The position numbers were made by a program, and so were the translations under genes. The notes under the pieces were generated by a model. The model had not been told where the DNA came from. It made no database searches and saw only the letters and a program-made list of their open reading frames with translations. A stretch of DNA of 64,000 bases from Haliotis rufescens (taxonomy: Eukaryota): NCBI RefSeq assembly GCF_023055435.1, contig NW_025964223.1, positions 37,324,001 through 37,388,000 of the forward strand, in the 5' to 3' direction. Below are positions 52,122 to 64,000 of the stretch, piece by piece (within the stretch, counting starts at the first letter, position 1; every line of letters starts with the position of its first letter).

Positions 52122-52374
52122 CGTAAATAAACTCGGATTGCCTGGCGCAAATGAACAGCGATTTTGTTGGCTGTTCAGATTCGATTTCTACAAGCCTGGG
52201 TTTCTGGATTTGTTTTATTGATCTTCGGTGCCCTGTGCGGGGCCGATCATTAACATTCCGTGTCTTATGAAACCTGTTCCAAAGTCCAAACCACAGACTG
52301 AGACACGTTGAATATATTGGCGACCTCTCGCTGAGTTCTACCAGTTCGAAGCATGCCAATAGCCCTTAGGCATC

Positions 52375-52921
52375 CATCTTCCCGAGGCAAGAGAGTTAAC
52401 TGACTATAAAAGTACAGTTTCCATCCTTGCCTAGCTAGGCTGGAATTCCAGGGCTCGATCGTAGCGCAACCAGTGGCTAATACGAGTTATGTCCCTTCTA
52501 AGCCTCTCCTATGGGCCAATCAGATTCCACCTTTCGTACCACTTGCATTTGCTTCAAACAAAATGGCGGCGCCCAGTTAAGACGATCTGATCAATAATCT
52601 AAGATCTATATTGTAATATAACGGGTCTTACATCGTGGAGTGAATCAGATCAAGTGAGCACATTGATTAAAAATATGAAACGATTTGGGAAAATATCTGT
52701 TGACAAAGAGTTGGCAGTGCACATGCTTTGCAAATCCTGCAATCGACCGAAATCTGCACAACGGTTTACGAACCGGATTTCGATTTCATTGCACGATTTT
52801 GATTGCACTGTGCATACACTCGTTAGTTCAACCAAAATGTAACTCCATAATACCAGCCTAGTTCGGCAAGGGTGGAAACTGGACTTTTAAAGTCAGTTAA
52901 CGCCCTTGCCTCGGGAAGATG
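52375..52921. mobile_element. MITE with about 70-bp TIRs, superfamily unclear
   Basis: CATCTTCCCGAGGCAAG...CTAGGCTGG is mirrored by CCAGCCTAG...CTTGCCTCGGGAAGATG. The interior has a CCAAT box and a YY1-like AAAATGGCGGC. No clear TSD. Confidence 0.85.
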
Positions 52922-53239
52922 TAAGGCGTTAAACACGTTGAATACGACACATTTCAAATCTGATCACAAATATTGCATAAAGTAAGAGTAGAGAGCTTAC
53001 ACGTTACAGTGGATAATGGAAATCAACAATACAAATAGCTCAGGGCGAGTTGATGATCTATCGCTGAAGTGTCAAAATCAAGAATGACCTACCCACATGC
53101 AGTGTGTCGGATGTTGTGGTGTTAGGTTTTGTTTCCGAAACCGTTCTATCTCTTGCAGTCATTTTCAATTCTGATCTCTCTTTTAAGGACCGTTCATAAC
53201 TTTTTTTATTACCTGAGCCCCTACTTGTTTGGGAGAGTA

Positions 53240-54571
53240 CATATTACTCACCTTAAATATTATACCCTGACTCGCAATTTACGTGTATAACCACAATAAA
53301 TATTTTCCAGATTCGTCATTCAAGTGTATAGCTGATTTGAATATTACCCAGAAACGTAATTCGGGTGTTCAGTAACTTGAATCATATTACCCAGACCTGT
53401 ACGTAATTCAGGTGTTCAGTCACTTCATACACATTATCCCGATCTGTACGTAATTCTTGTGTTCAGTCACTTTATAAATATTACCCCGACCTGTACGTAA
53501 TTCAGGTGTTCAGTCATTTTATACATATTACCCCGATCAGTACGTAATTCAGGTGTTCAGTCACTTTATACATATTACCCGCACCTGTACGTAATTCAGG
53601 TGTTCAGTCACTTTATACATATTACCCCGGCCTGTACGTAATTCAGGTGTTCAGTCACTTTATACATATTACCCAGACCTGTACGTAATTCAGGTGTTCA
53701 GTCACTTTATACATATTACCCAGACCTGTACGTAATTCAGGTGTTCAGTCACTTTGTACATATTACCCCGACCTGTACGTAATTCAGGTGTTCAGTCACT
53801 TTATACATATTTCCCCGACCTGTAAATAATTCAGGTGTTCAATCACTTTATACATATAACCCCGACCTGTACGTAATTCAGGTGTTTTCTTTCACTTTAT
53901 ACATATTTCCCCGACCTGTACATAATTCAGGTGTTCAGTCACTTTATACATATTTCCCCGACCTGTAAATAATTCATGTGTTCAGTCACTTTATACATAT
54001 TTCTCCGACCTGTAAATAATTCATGTGTTCAGTCACTTTATACATATTTCCCCGACCTGTAAATAATTCAGGTGTTCAATCACTTTATACATATAACACA
54101 GATCTGTACGTAATTCAGGTGTTCAGTCACTTTATACATATTTCCCCGACCTGTACGTAATTCAGGTGTTCAGTCACTTTATACATATTTCCCCGATCTG
54201 TAAATAATTCAGGTGTTCAATCACTTTATACATATTACCCAGACCTGTACGTAATTCAGGTGTTTTCTTTCACTTTATATATATTACCCAGACCTGAACG
54301 TTATTCAGGTGTTCAGTCACTTTATACATATTACCCACACCTGTACGTAATTCAGGTGTTCAGTCATTTTATACATATTACCCACACCTGTACGTAATTC
54401 GGGGGTTCAGTCACTTTATACATATAACCCCGGCCAGTACGTAATTCAGGTGTTCAGTCACTTTATACATATTACCCCGGCCTGTACGTAATTCAGATGT
54501 TCAGTCATTTTATGCATATTGCCAACACCTGTACGTAATTCAGGTGTTCAGTCACTTTATGCATATTACCC
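53240..54571. repeat. Satellite B array 2, 47-bp unit, about 28 copies, degenerate at the left edge
   Basis: Same unit and orientation as 30179-37022. Confidence 0.95.
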
Positions 54572-56637
54572 CTTCTCTGTTTGTTTATATATCCCCTTAT
54601 CTGTATGTTTATATATTCCCTTCTCCGAGCGTTTGTATATGCCCTTCTCTGTATGTTTTTATGTGCACTTCTCTTTATGTTTATATATTCCCTTCTCTGT
54701 GCGTGTATATTTACCCTTCTTTGTATGTTACATATGCCCTTCTCTGTTTGTTTATATATGCCCTTCGCTTTATGTTGATATATTCCCTTATCTGTATTTC
54801 TTATATGTTCTTCTCTGTATGTTTATATATGGCCTTCTCTGTATGTTTATGTATTCCTTTCTCTGTATGTTTTTATATTCCCTTCTTTGTATATTTATGT
54901 ATCTCCTTCGCTGTATGTTTATATATGCCCTTCTCTGTATGTTTATATATTCCCTTCTCTGTGCGTTTATATATGCCCTTCTCTGTATGTTTATATATGC
55001 CCTTCTCTGTATGTTTATATATTCCCTTCTCTGTGCGTTTATATATGCCTTTCTCTGTGCGTTTATATATGCCCTTCTCTGTATGTTTCATTTATTCCGT
55101 TCTCTGTATGTTTATATAAGCCCTTCTCTGTATGTTTCATATATGTCCTTTGTATGTTTCATTTATTCCCTTCTCTGTATGTTTCATTTATTCCGTTCTC
55201 TGTATGTTTATATATGCCCTTCTCTGTATGTTTCATTTATTCCGTTCTCTGTATGTTTATATACGCCCTTCTCTGTATGTTTATATATTCCCTTCTCTGT
55301 GCGTTTATATGTGCCCTTCTCTGTATGTTTATATATGCCCTTCTCTGTATGTTTATATATGCCCTTCTCTGTATGTTCCATTTATTCCGTTCTCTGTATG
55401 TTTATATAAGCCCTTCTCTGTATGTTTCATATATGTCCTTCTTTGTATGTTTCATTTATTCCCTTCTCTGTATGTTTCATTAATTCCCTTCTCTGTATGT
55501 TTATATATGCCCTTCTCTGTATGTTTCATTTATTCCGTTCTCTGTATGTTTATATATGCCCTTCTCTGTATGTATGTTTCATATATGCCCTTCCCTGTAT
55601 GTTTCATATAAGCCCTTCTCTGTATGTTTCATATATGCCCTTCTCTGTATGTTTCATATATGCCCTTCTATGTTTGTTTATTTATTCCCTTCTTTGTATG
55701 TTTCATATATGCCCTTCTCTGTATGTTTCATTTATTCCCTTCTCTGTATGTTTATATATGCCCTTCTCTGTATGTTTCATTTATTCCGTTCTCTGTATGT
55801 TTATATAAGCCCTTCTCTGTATGTTTCATATATGCCCTTCTCTGTATGTTTCATATAAGCCCTTCTCTGTATGTTTCATATATGTCCTTCTCTGTATTTT
55901 TCATTTATTCCCTTCTCTGTATGTTTATATATGCCCTTCTCTGTATGTTTCATATATGCCCTTCTCTGTATGTTTCATATATGCCCTTCCCTGTATGTTT
56001 CATATAAGCCCTTCTCTGTATGTTTCATATATGCCCTTCTCTGTATGTTTCATTTATTCCCTTCTTTGTATGTTTCATATATGCCCTTCTCTGTATGTTT
56101 CATTTATTCCCTTCTCAGTATGTTTCATATATGCCCTTCTCTGTATGTTTCATATATGTCCTTTTCTGTATGTTTCATTTATTCCCTTCTCTGTATGTTT
56201 ATATATGCCCTTCTCTGTATGTTTCATTTATTCCGTTCTCTGTATGTTTATATATGCCCTTCTCTGTATGTTTCATTTATTCCGTTCTCTGTATGTTTAT
56301 ATATGCCCTTCTCTGTATGTTTCATGTATTCCCTTCTCTGTATGTTTCATATATGCCCTTCTCTGTATGTTTCATTTATTCCCTTCTCTGTATGTTTCAT
56401 ATATGCCCTTCTCTGTATGTTTCATTTATTCCCTTCTCTGTATGTTTCATATATGCCCTTCTCTGTATGTTTCATATATGTCCTTTTCTGTATGTTTCAT
56501 TTATTCCCTTCTCTGTATGTTTGTATATGCCCTTCTCTGTATGTTTCATTTATTCCGTTCTCTGTATGTTTATATATGCCCTTCTCTGTATGTTTCATTT
56601 ATTCCCTTCTCTGTATGTTTCATATATGTCCTTCTCA
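54568..56637. repeat. Satellite C, 24-25-bp unit, about 84 copies
   Basis: Tandem GCCCTTCTCTGTATGTTT(C)ATATAT and TCCCTTCTCTGTATGTTTCATTTAT variants. Confidence 0.96.
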
Positions 56638-58609
56638 TGCTTTGACACATGCTTTGAGGGTTTGACAATAGAAGTGTCAAACCCTCAGATAGCACTTTTC
56701 GATTTTTTTATCATCCTATTAATCACCGATAAATAAATATGTAGGCGCGAAATCGAAGCTGTGTCCTGCTCCCCTTTTTCTGTCCGACTTCCACTGGTTC
56801 TACACATGTTTCAGCGTGACGATATCGCAGCTACATATTCATCTATAAGTGATTGCTTTACAAAACAGTAAGTAAAATCAAATAAACATTAAATCAATTG
56901 TTTCAAATCAATGAACTTACATTTCAGTTTTTTTAATTAAATGGCATCTTCCATCAATCTCAGTTCGTTTTTTGTAACAATACATACTTCGTTTCAGAAC
57001 TAGTTGGGAATTTATAACAACAAGGGCGGGTAACTACAATCGAGAAACGTCAAAGGAAAAGTACACGTCCAACACATAAAAATGTGAAAACTTCTATAAA
57101 TAGAAGGTAACTTTGATGTGGCGTTGGTATTTGATTTAAGCATGCATGTGTATATAAAATGATTACCAAGAAGTTTGATGTCCCCTTTTTCATTTATGTG
57201 AAATGATGATTTCCCGAGGTTTCGAAGAAAAGAACCTCATTCTGTCTCTGGGCCTGATGATTAACAGGGTTTGCGACTTGCTAATTACAACGCAGGGAAA
57301 CCTCTAACAATTATATGTGTAGGGGTAGTACCCAACAATTGTTGATGTCCCTGTCGTTCATCGGACAATACATAGTCATCAGACCTATAGGCTATCAGCT
57401 GAAAGACCGTTGTACCGTTCAATAGGACGGGGATAAGCTCATGACATAAGTGTATCTATTACTCATTTGGAGTATCGAAACTCCTTATTTGCTATATTTC
57501 AATTGGGAAACATATCTTATTGTTAGCGATGAGTGCAGTTGTTTCCATGCCACTCATATATATATAATCTTTACTATTAACTAACAAAATGTTTGATAAC
57601 GTTATGCTACCTTAAACTACAGCACATCTTTCAGATCTATGTAGAGTTTATAACATAACAAACTGTTATGGAGACAAATTTTGCATTTTGAAATGACTTC
57701 GGTTGAAAATATCACAGTGTTCTTGACAATATAATGTAAATGGTTTTGGTTTAAAGCCACTTTAAACAGTACTCTACTGTCCCAATATGGATACTAGAGG
57801 GTCATGACCTGTGAGGAGTCATACTCATCGAAAATGACTAACCTGTACCTAATAATCCTGACCGATCAAAACGTGGTGTGGAGCATTTGTACTTCATTTG
57901 GCTGACTCATACACAAACATTTATATGATCTGTACACAAATTTAGAGAGCCTGCACACTAAGTACCCAATTATGTTCATATTTGTTGCATTTGTAACAAG
58001 TTGGTATAAAAGCAAGATGTCAAAAATGGGACTGCTTTAATCAGTATATATTTATAATAATTTATTCACAGCACTTAATTCAAATCACACAAACATCTTA
58101 ACATCACCAAATGATGGCATGTATTTATTAGTAGTGGGGCAATGCATTGGCTGATCGCGATTGTTTACTTCTCGATACAAGTATCAATCGCACGCTAAGA
58201 AAAAGTATTGATTCATACCTTAAATTTATTTGTTAATTACTACTACACCAAACATGTATTTGTGCCGACACTAACATCTCAACATCACCATATATTTCTT
58301 GACTCAGCACATTTCTGGTGTTCCCCACCATCATATTGATGAAATTTTGCTAAAAACAACATGAACACATTATGTATTTGGTAGCACATATGTGCATTCC
58401 CACGCCATCTCTCATTTATCACATTTATGAAAATATTTGCTTCTTGATATAATCAGAATGTCTCATAGAATGGCCAACATTCCTCAGTTATGCCCCTTTA
58501 CTACTTCGCCAATAGATGGCGCCAAACGCTACGGTCCTGCGCGTACTTCCGGTATATTACACGGTTCATAGATATTTGCACGACCAACAACTACAACGAA
58601 GTATTTACG

Positions 58610-61134
58610 ATGCCTTCGATGCGCTGCTGTGTCCCGGGATGCTGCAATCGAGGTGGTTTGTCGTTTCCCAGAGAACCCATGTTGCTGAAATGATGGTTGA
58701 TTGCTATTCGGAGGTGCGACGAATCAAACCAAGGCAAGATGTGGAAACCGTCACCTCACAGTGTTGTGTGTCATTCCCACTTCAGGCGTCTGATTTCATT
58801 GCTGTAACTAGTTATGGTAAGATATTTGGGTAACTTGTTATGTTTCTATTCGTTGGCAGATTTAATTAACGTGCATGCCAATTATATTTGTTATATTTTC
58901 TTGCATTGAAATTACGAAGAGGGTTTTACGTGACTCAGAAATGTGTATCCATTATGCAGAAATGTGAAGAATGGACGCAGTCAAAATAGAATATGTTCCG
59001 TCCCGCGGGACACACTTATTTTCACAGATAGTTTGATTTTGTCATTGAGTTAAATTGAGTAAAGATTCTTACAACTTCGAAGTGTGTGATTTTTTTCACG
59101 ATAATTTGAGTTCCCTCCTGTCAGAGTAGGCAGGTAAATTGGAGTATTGGCTAATTCTAATGTAATCATGTTTGTGTGTGTTTGCATGTGAAGCTATGAG
59201 TATATTTCATTGTTTTTTAAAACCAAGATAGAAATAATGTGTCATTTTTGCCTTACTATAGTAGCCATTTTTTTGCCAGTCAGTGATGTTTAGGTTTGAC
59301 CCTCATATATTTCATGCAAGGGCCTTTGAAATCAATTACTGGGGGTCTAGTGCATAACCACAAAATTAAGGTAAAACCCTGTTTACCACCATTATATTCC
59401 TGTTTATTAAGTTGTTGATGTTTGACCATAACCCTTCTTAGTTTTCTTCTTTAATTTGTTGAATTGATGTTTACCAGGAATGTCAACACATATTTGACGT
59501 TTTTGCCTTTAATGCGTCATGTTACATTTTCCTGCAGGTGCTTGTTTTCCACAGAGATGAGGCACAGATGATTCAAGAATACAGGTTCATGTTTGTTCAC
59601 TTTTGATATGTATTTGTCAGAATAGTGTCATGTGTACGTGTTGAACTTGAAGACACTTCTCTGTATCAGGCATTATATGTATGTAATGTTGAGACTATAT
59701 CTACGAAATTGTCAGCTAATTTATATCATAATTTTCCTTAATTTAAATGTGTATCACTATTATGTTCATAATGTTACAAAACATATCGACCCCATAGAAA
59801 TTTGTTCTTTCCCTGCAAATTAACTTAAATCTAATCATAAAAAGTTATCTCACAACTGGTAGTCAAAAGATTGCACAATATCTGTTTGGAAAATAATAAT
59901 CTACTGCTGTTTTCCCCAGGGTGTACACCTCTGAGGAAACAGAGAAAACCAGATGCTGTACCATCAATCTTTCCCTGGACTGATTCAGCCAACACACTTG
60001 AGGCCGATGGAGGCTTAAGGAAATCCCGCATTGAAAGACGTGAGAATAAAAAGAGGACATTTAAAGCAATGGATACAGATTGTGATATTGAATGTGACAT
60101 CAGGGAGGTAGCTGGGGAGGAAATAATTGACAATGTTGAGTTTGATGACATGAATACCGACCTAAACATTTGTTCTGCAGATAGTGCAGAGGTTGAATAT
60201 GAAAGTACATCAGCTCAGACAGACAAATTTCCAATGCTTTCAATACAAAGTATTATGTTTAATGCTGCAGTAATTTTGTTTTATACAGGACTGTCAAACT
60301 AAACAGACTTCACCTTTGTACTTGCAAGTTTGGGTCCGTGTGCATATCACCTAAATTATCTGTACAGCAAAGTTGACAGTATGACTATCAGTGTGGAAAA
60401 TCAATTGCTTTTAACACTTATGAAACTGCGCCGACATAAGACTAACTTTGAACTTGGTCTTCATTTTGGAATTTCAGAGAAAACTGTATTAAATGTATGG
60501 ATCACCTGGGTAAATTTTATGTATAGACAGTGGAGTGAGCTTGATAACTGGCCAGAATGAGACTTAGTGCACTATTTTTGTCCTTCTGATTTCAAATCCA
60601 AATTTCCATCCACACGAATTATCATTGATGGTACTGAATGCCCTATCCAGAAACCAAAACGCCCCATAGCTCAGCAGTCTACCTACTCAACGTATAAAAA
60701 TCGAAATACTATCAAAATACTTGTTGGATCCACACCAGGTGGTCTTGTGTCGTATGTGTCTCCTGCGTATGGTGGCTCCACAAGTGATCGTCAAATAGTA
60801 GAGCGTAGTGGTTTGACAGTGATGTGCGACCAAGGAGATAGTATTATGACTGATAAAGGTTTCAACGTACAAGATATTTGCACCAAAAGATGTTACCATT
60901 AATATGCCAACATTCTTCTCAAAGAAAAAACGTATGTCTGGCAAGACTGTTATGCGTGATAGGAAAATATCAAGCAAAAGAGTTCACATTGAACGTATTA
61001 TTGGTCTGGCAAAAACATTCAAAATACTTACTGAACCTCTTAACAGTTCAGAAACCAAATTAGCCACAGAAATAACCACGGTTTGCTTCATGCTTTGTTC
61101 TTTCAAAAAGTGCATTGTTCCCTCTACTTGCTAA
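58610..61134 (+). pseudogene. THAP + HTH + DDE_Tnp_4 (Harbinger-type) transposase pseudogene
   Basis: Exon 1, 58610-58816, has the THAP C2CH motif (CCVPGC..FP..W..R..WKP...VCHSHF). After an intron to 59920 come AVPSIF, QLLLTLMKLR...LGLHFGIS, IDGTE, STYSTYKNRNT, GGSTSD, DKGF and RVHIERIIG. Stops lie at 58691, 60300 and 60558; frameshifts at about 58783 and 60880. Confidence 0.9.
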
Positions 61135-63054
61135 TCATATTGGTTAGCAAATCATTAAAAATATCTTTCATTCCAGTCGGACGTTAGTCGGTCGTAGAGT
61201 ATGGAGATATGTTTCTAATTTCTTTCAACAAGGCCTGTTATTGCGTTTGCTACATGATTAAAGATAATTGTTGCTAAATATTCATGAGGATAAAGTTGAA
61301 TGTAACATGTTATCGATTATGTATCATGTTGAGACTAGAATGGGAATTTGTGGTCAAAGAGCAAGTTTGAAGCAAATTTACCATTTGTGCAGCCACAAAC
61401 AATCGTACTCTTTTGTCAAGGTACAAACATAAATGTGTTAGTATCAGAGCTTATGATAATATAATGCTAAACTTCCTGTTCAATGTGGTGTTAAACCCAT
61501 CTCACTCACTGAATTTGTTTTAAATTTATGACATCAGTAACATGAATTTAAGAATGTTGACAGTGTTTGGTGCATACTGTTACATTTTGCGGTAATATGT
61601 CATTATTCCCTGCCACAAAGTGGGAGAGAGGTACACATTTTTTGTCCGAGCATAATTCGGAAACTGTTTCATATGTTTCCTGTTTCCATGGCAGCAATTT
61701 GGATTAAACCCAAATACTGGTTGCTTTTATTTCACGAACTTAAAATCTGAATAAGTTGAAGTGTATATTTCTGGATCATATATCCATTATTTTTACTGTT
61801 TACTGAGAAACAAATTGTAATTTTTTGTCCTAAGTTAGGAGGACCATGTGTAAATCTGTTACTTTGTGCATTGTGGCTGTAATGAGGACAAAATTCTAAT
61901 GTGCCCCATGGCTGTGTATTCTTGTTTCATATGATACTGGCAGCAGCTAGACCGGTCCAGATATTTGGCACGTCTTAGTGCTGTTGCTTCAGCTCTCTCA
62001 GATGTTATGAATGGCAATTACGACAAGCAAGAAGTCAATGACAATGGGTTTTTAATCATTCCCACAAACAGTTCAGCTGCAGATAATAATCACATGACAG
62101 TTGTAATTCCTAAGATACAGAGCTGAAGGAGTATGCTTCAAGCAGTGATGATATTTATGAGTATGGACACTGAATTGTGATTTTGTATTGCACTGTAGCT
62201 TCATCTATATTTAAATATTTAGATCTTCCAACTATTAACTACTGGAGTACTTAACAGATGGTTGCCATCGTCACAAAGTGAGTTAAAAGTTAATGTCACA
62301 TCAATACTATTTCAGCCATATAGCGACGAGATCAAGTTGATATACACAATTTACTCATGAATGCAAAGGTATATTTAAAAACAATTTTTCATACACATTT
62401 GGACATAACAATATCATTTGTACAGTTTTAAAACACGGGTTATAGGCCACCAGAAACCAAAGCTAGGCCACCTCGCCGGGGATAATGGGGACTTACAGTG
62501 CCTCTGCTTCCTGCATGATACCCCAGCAGGATTTATGTCATTAACTAAGCCACTGGTGGTGGTGCTCAATATGAGCCAGTCAGCAATGAGCTGGCTTAAA
62601 ACACTGGTTGAGGATAGTTACATTGATTATGATAGGATTACGTGTCACACGGTGGGGGTGGGGGGGGGGGGAGGGGATATTTAGATTATCCAACTAATAA
62701 CTACTGGAGTGATTAGAAGATGGTTGCCCTTGTCACATAGTACTGTAACAGTAAGTACTAAATGTCTTCATAGACATCTGAGATTGTATTTATTTACACA
62801 TGTGAATGCATCAATGTACTGGACCAGAGTTCAACCTGGTTTTGTCTGATGCAACTCTTTTCATGTCAACATGCATCTGGTGAAATATCATCCTTAAATG
62901 GAGCCCTGCAAGTTTTTTCATAACTATTTGTTTGTGAATGTCCATATATGCAGAATATAATATGTTCAGCATTAAACATTGAGACTACAATTCTGTCTTT
63001 CTTGTTTATAGGGCTGATGACCATTGACACATGAGTATCAGCAGTTACTGAAAT

Positions 63055-64000
63055 TTACCAGGAATACCTGTCATAATCTCTGAAATAGAATTTGTCAAGT
63101 AGTGCCTTTTTGAAAAAGGTGTCATAAAATGCCACAAGTTTTTCAACCATAGATTCAATGAAATGGTCATCTCGGGATACAGTAAAATATTTCAAATCCT
63201 TCATCATGTATACAATACAAATGCACTGTTTTCTACCAGTACAGTAGAGCTGCCCTTGCACTTGAAAGAAATATGGCTTGCTTTTGTCAATGGTAAGTTT
63301 TCCCTCAGATACCTTCAAATAGGGAACAGTTATCTCAGAGATTAGACGGTCTTTAGATGCAAATGGACATTTCACTTCAATGGTAGTATCATCACCGAGA
63401 AGTGAATCTGGTGAAGCTGCGAGAAATGGATGAACATCTGACTCAAACATGTCACATGGTGAGGTTTTGAAACCACTTGACTTTTCAAAAGCTTTTATTG
63501 CCACCTTTTCATATTTTCTGCCATGTCTAAGTGGTGGACTTTGAATGTCCTCGAAAGGCTTAGTCATTGATCTAGCAAGTTTATGAAAATCAGTTTTGTC
63601 TGTTGCCAAACAAATTTTCCCAAAATTGGAAGAAGAAATTCTCTTTGTGTGTTCAGTTTTCCATTCCTAGCTCGCTCTTTGACTGTTTACGGGTTATTAT
63701 TTCAAGGTTGGTTTTGTCCATATCTGATATTTCTGATATATTCTAGGATTTCAGGTATTGGTCAGCTAAAGATAACTTAAGATAATCATGATCATGATTA
63801 ACAGCAAATGGATTTGCTGGAGGAAACATTTGAGCAACTGGAAATGTATTGACACTAGGGTGGTTCAACCAAACATTGCGGAAAAAGTCAGGGTAATTTG
63901 GCACTTTGCGATACTGAACTGGGCTTGGGTCAAATATAACATTCAGTTCACTGTTGCATAAATCAATGTCAGTCGCCTTAATGGGACTGCCTTTATATGG
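63055..64000 (-). pseudogene. YqaJ-like (lambda-exonuclease family, PD-(D/E)xK) gene, 3' part, disrupted
   Basis: TRKQ...W...RISSSNFG, HGRKYE, PFLAASPD, IEVKCP and YFFQVQGQL motifs. Coding-like sequence continues to the window edge, with a stop and frameshifts around 63670-63750. Confidence 0.9.

Larger units (their letters stand above)
51310..53237 (-). mobile_element. Older Tc1 relic carrying nested SINE and MITE insertions
   Basis: TA-flanked imperfect TIRs CTCTCAAAAAAAGTAGGGG / CCCCTACTTGTTTGGGAGAG. Remnant peptides are RAIGMLRTG...LWNRF...NDRPRTG and MFSYES...WGGSVMIWDGI. Confidence 0.8.
58472..64000. mobile_element. ISL2EU-type (PIF/Harbinger group) DNA transposon, right end beyond the window
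   Basis: A convergent THAP-HTH-DDE transposase and YqaJ exonuclease is the ISL2EU gene set. The left boundary (AT|GGCC at 58470-58475) is a tentative guess. Confidence 0.8.

Noticed and set aside
54519-56736. Overlapping hydrophobic, Cys-rich ORFs
   Set aside because: Translations of the 24-25-bp satellite, open in all three frames.

Overview
Eukaryotic (animal) genomic DNA. It is AT-rich, has spliceosomal introns and carries mollusc-type SINEs, so it is probably a gastropod such as abalone (inference). Host genes: (1) the first two coding exons of a TBC1D15/17-family Rab-GAP on the minus strand, head-to-head with (2) a complete 6-exon Rab21 (212 aa) whose third intron needs a GC donor; (3) an intact 9-exon, 500-aa CYP2-clan cytochrome P450 on the minus strand; (4) a single-coding-exon, 516-aa uncharacterised protein on the minus strand. 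The rest is repeats. There are three satellite families (45 bp; 47 bp in two arrays; 24-25 bp), several hAT, Tc1/mariner and MITE elements, tRNA-derived SINEs and an L1/Tx1 3' fragment. At the right end lies a decayed ISL2EU (PIF/Harbinger-group) transposon, with a THAP-HTH-DDE transposase convergent with a YqaJ/lambda-exonuclease gene. Most long ORFs in the track are satellite artefacts. No clearly new biological system could be established. The best leads are the transposase-plus-exonuclease element, two Tc1 families inserted at the same TA of adjacent satellite monomers, an apparent 47-to-24 bp satellite transition, a motif shared by unrelated TE classes, and the Rab21/TBC1D15 bidirectional pair.
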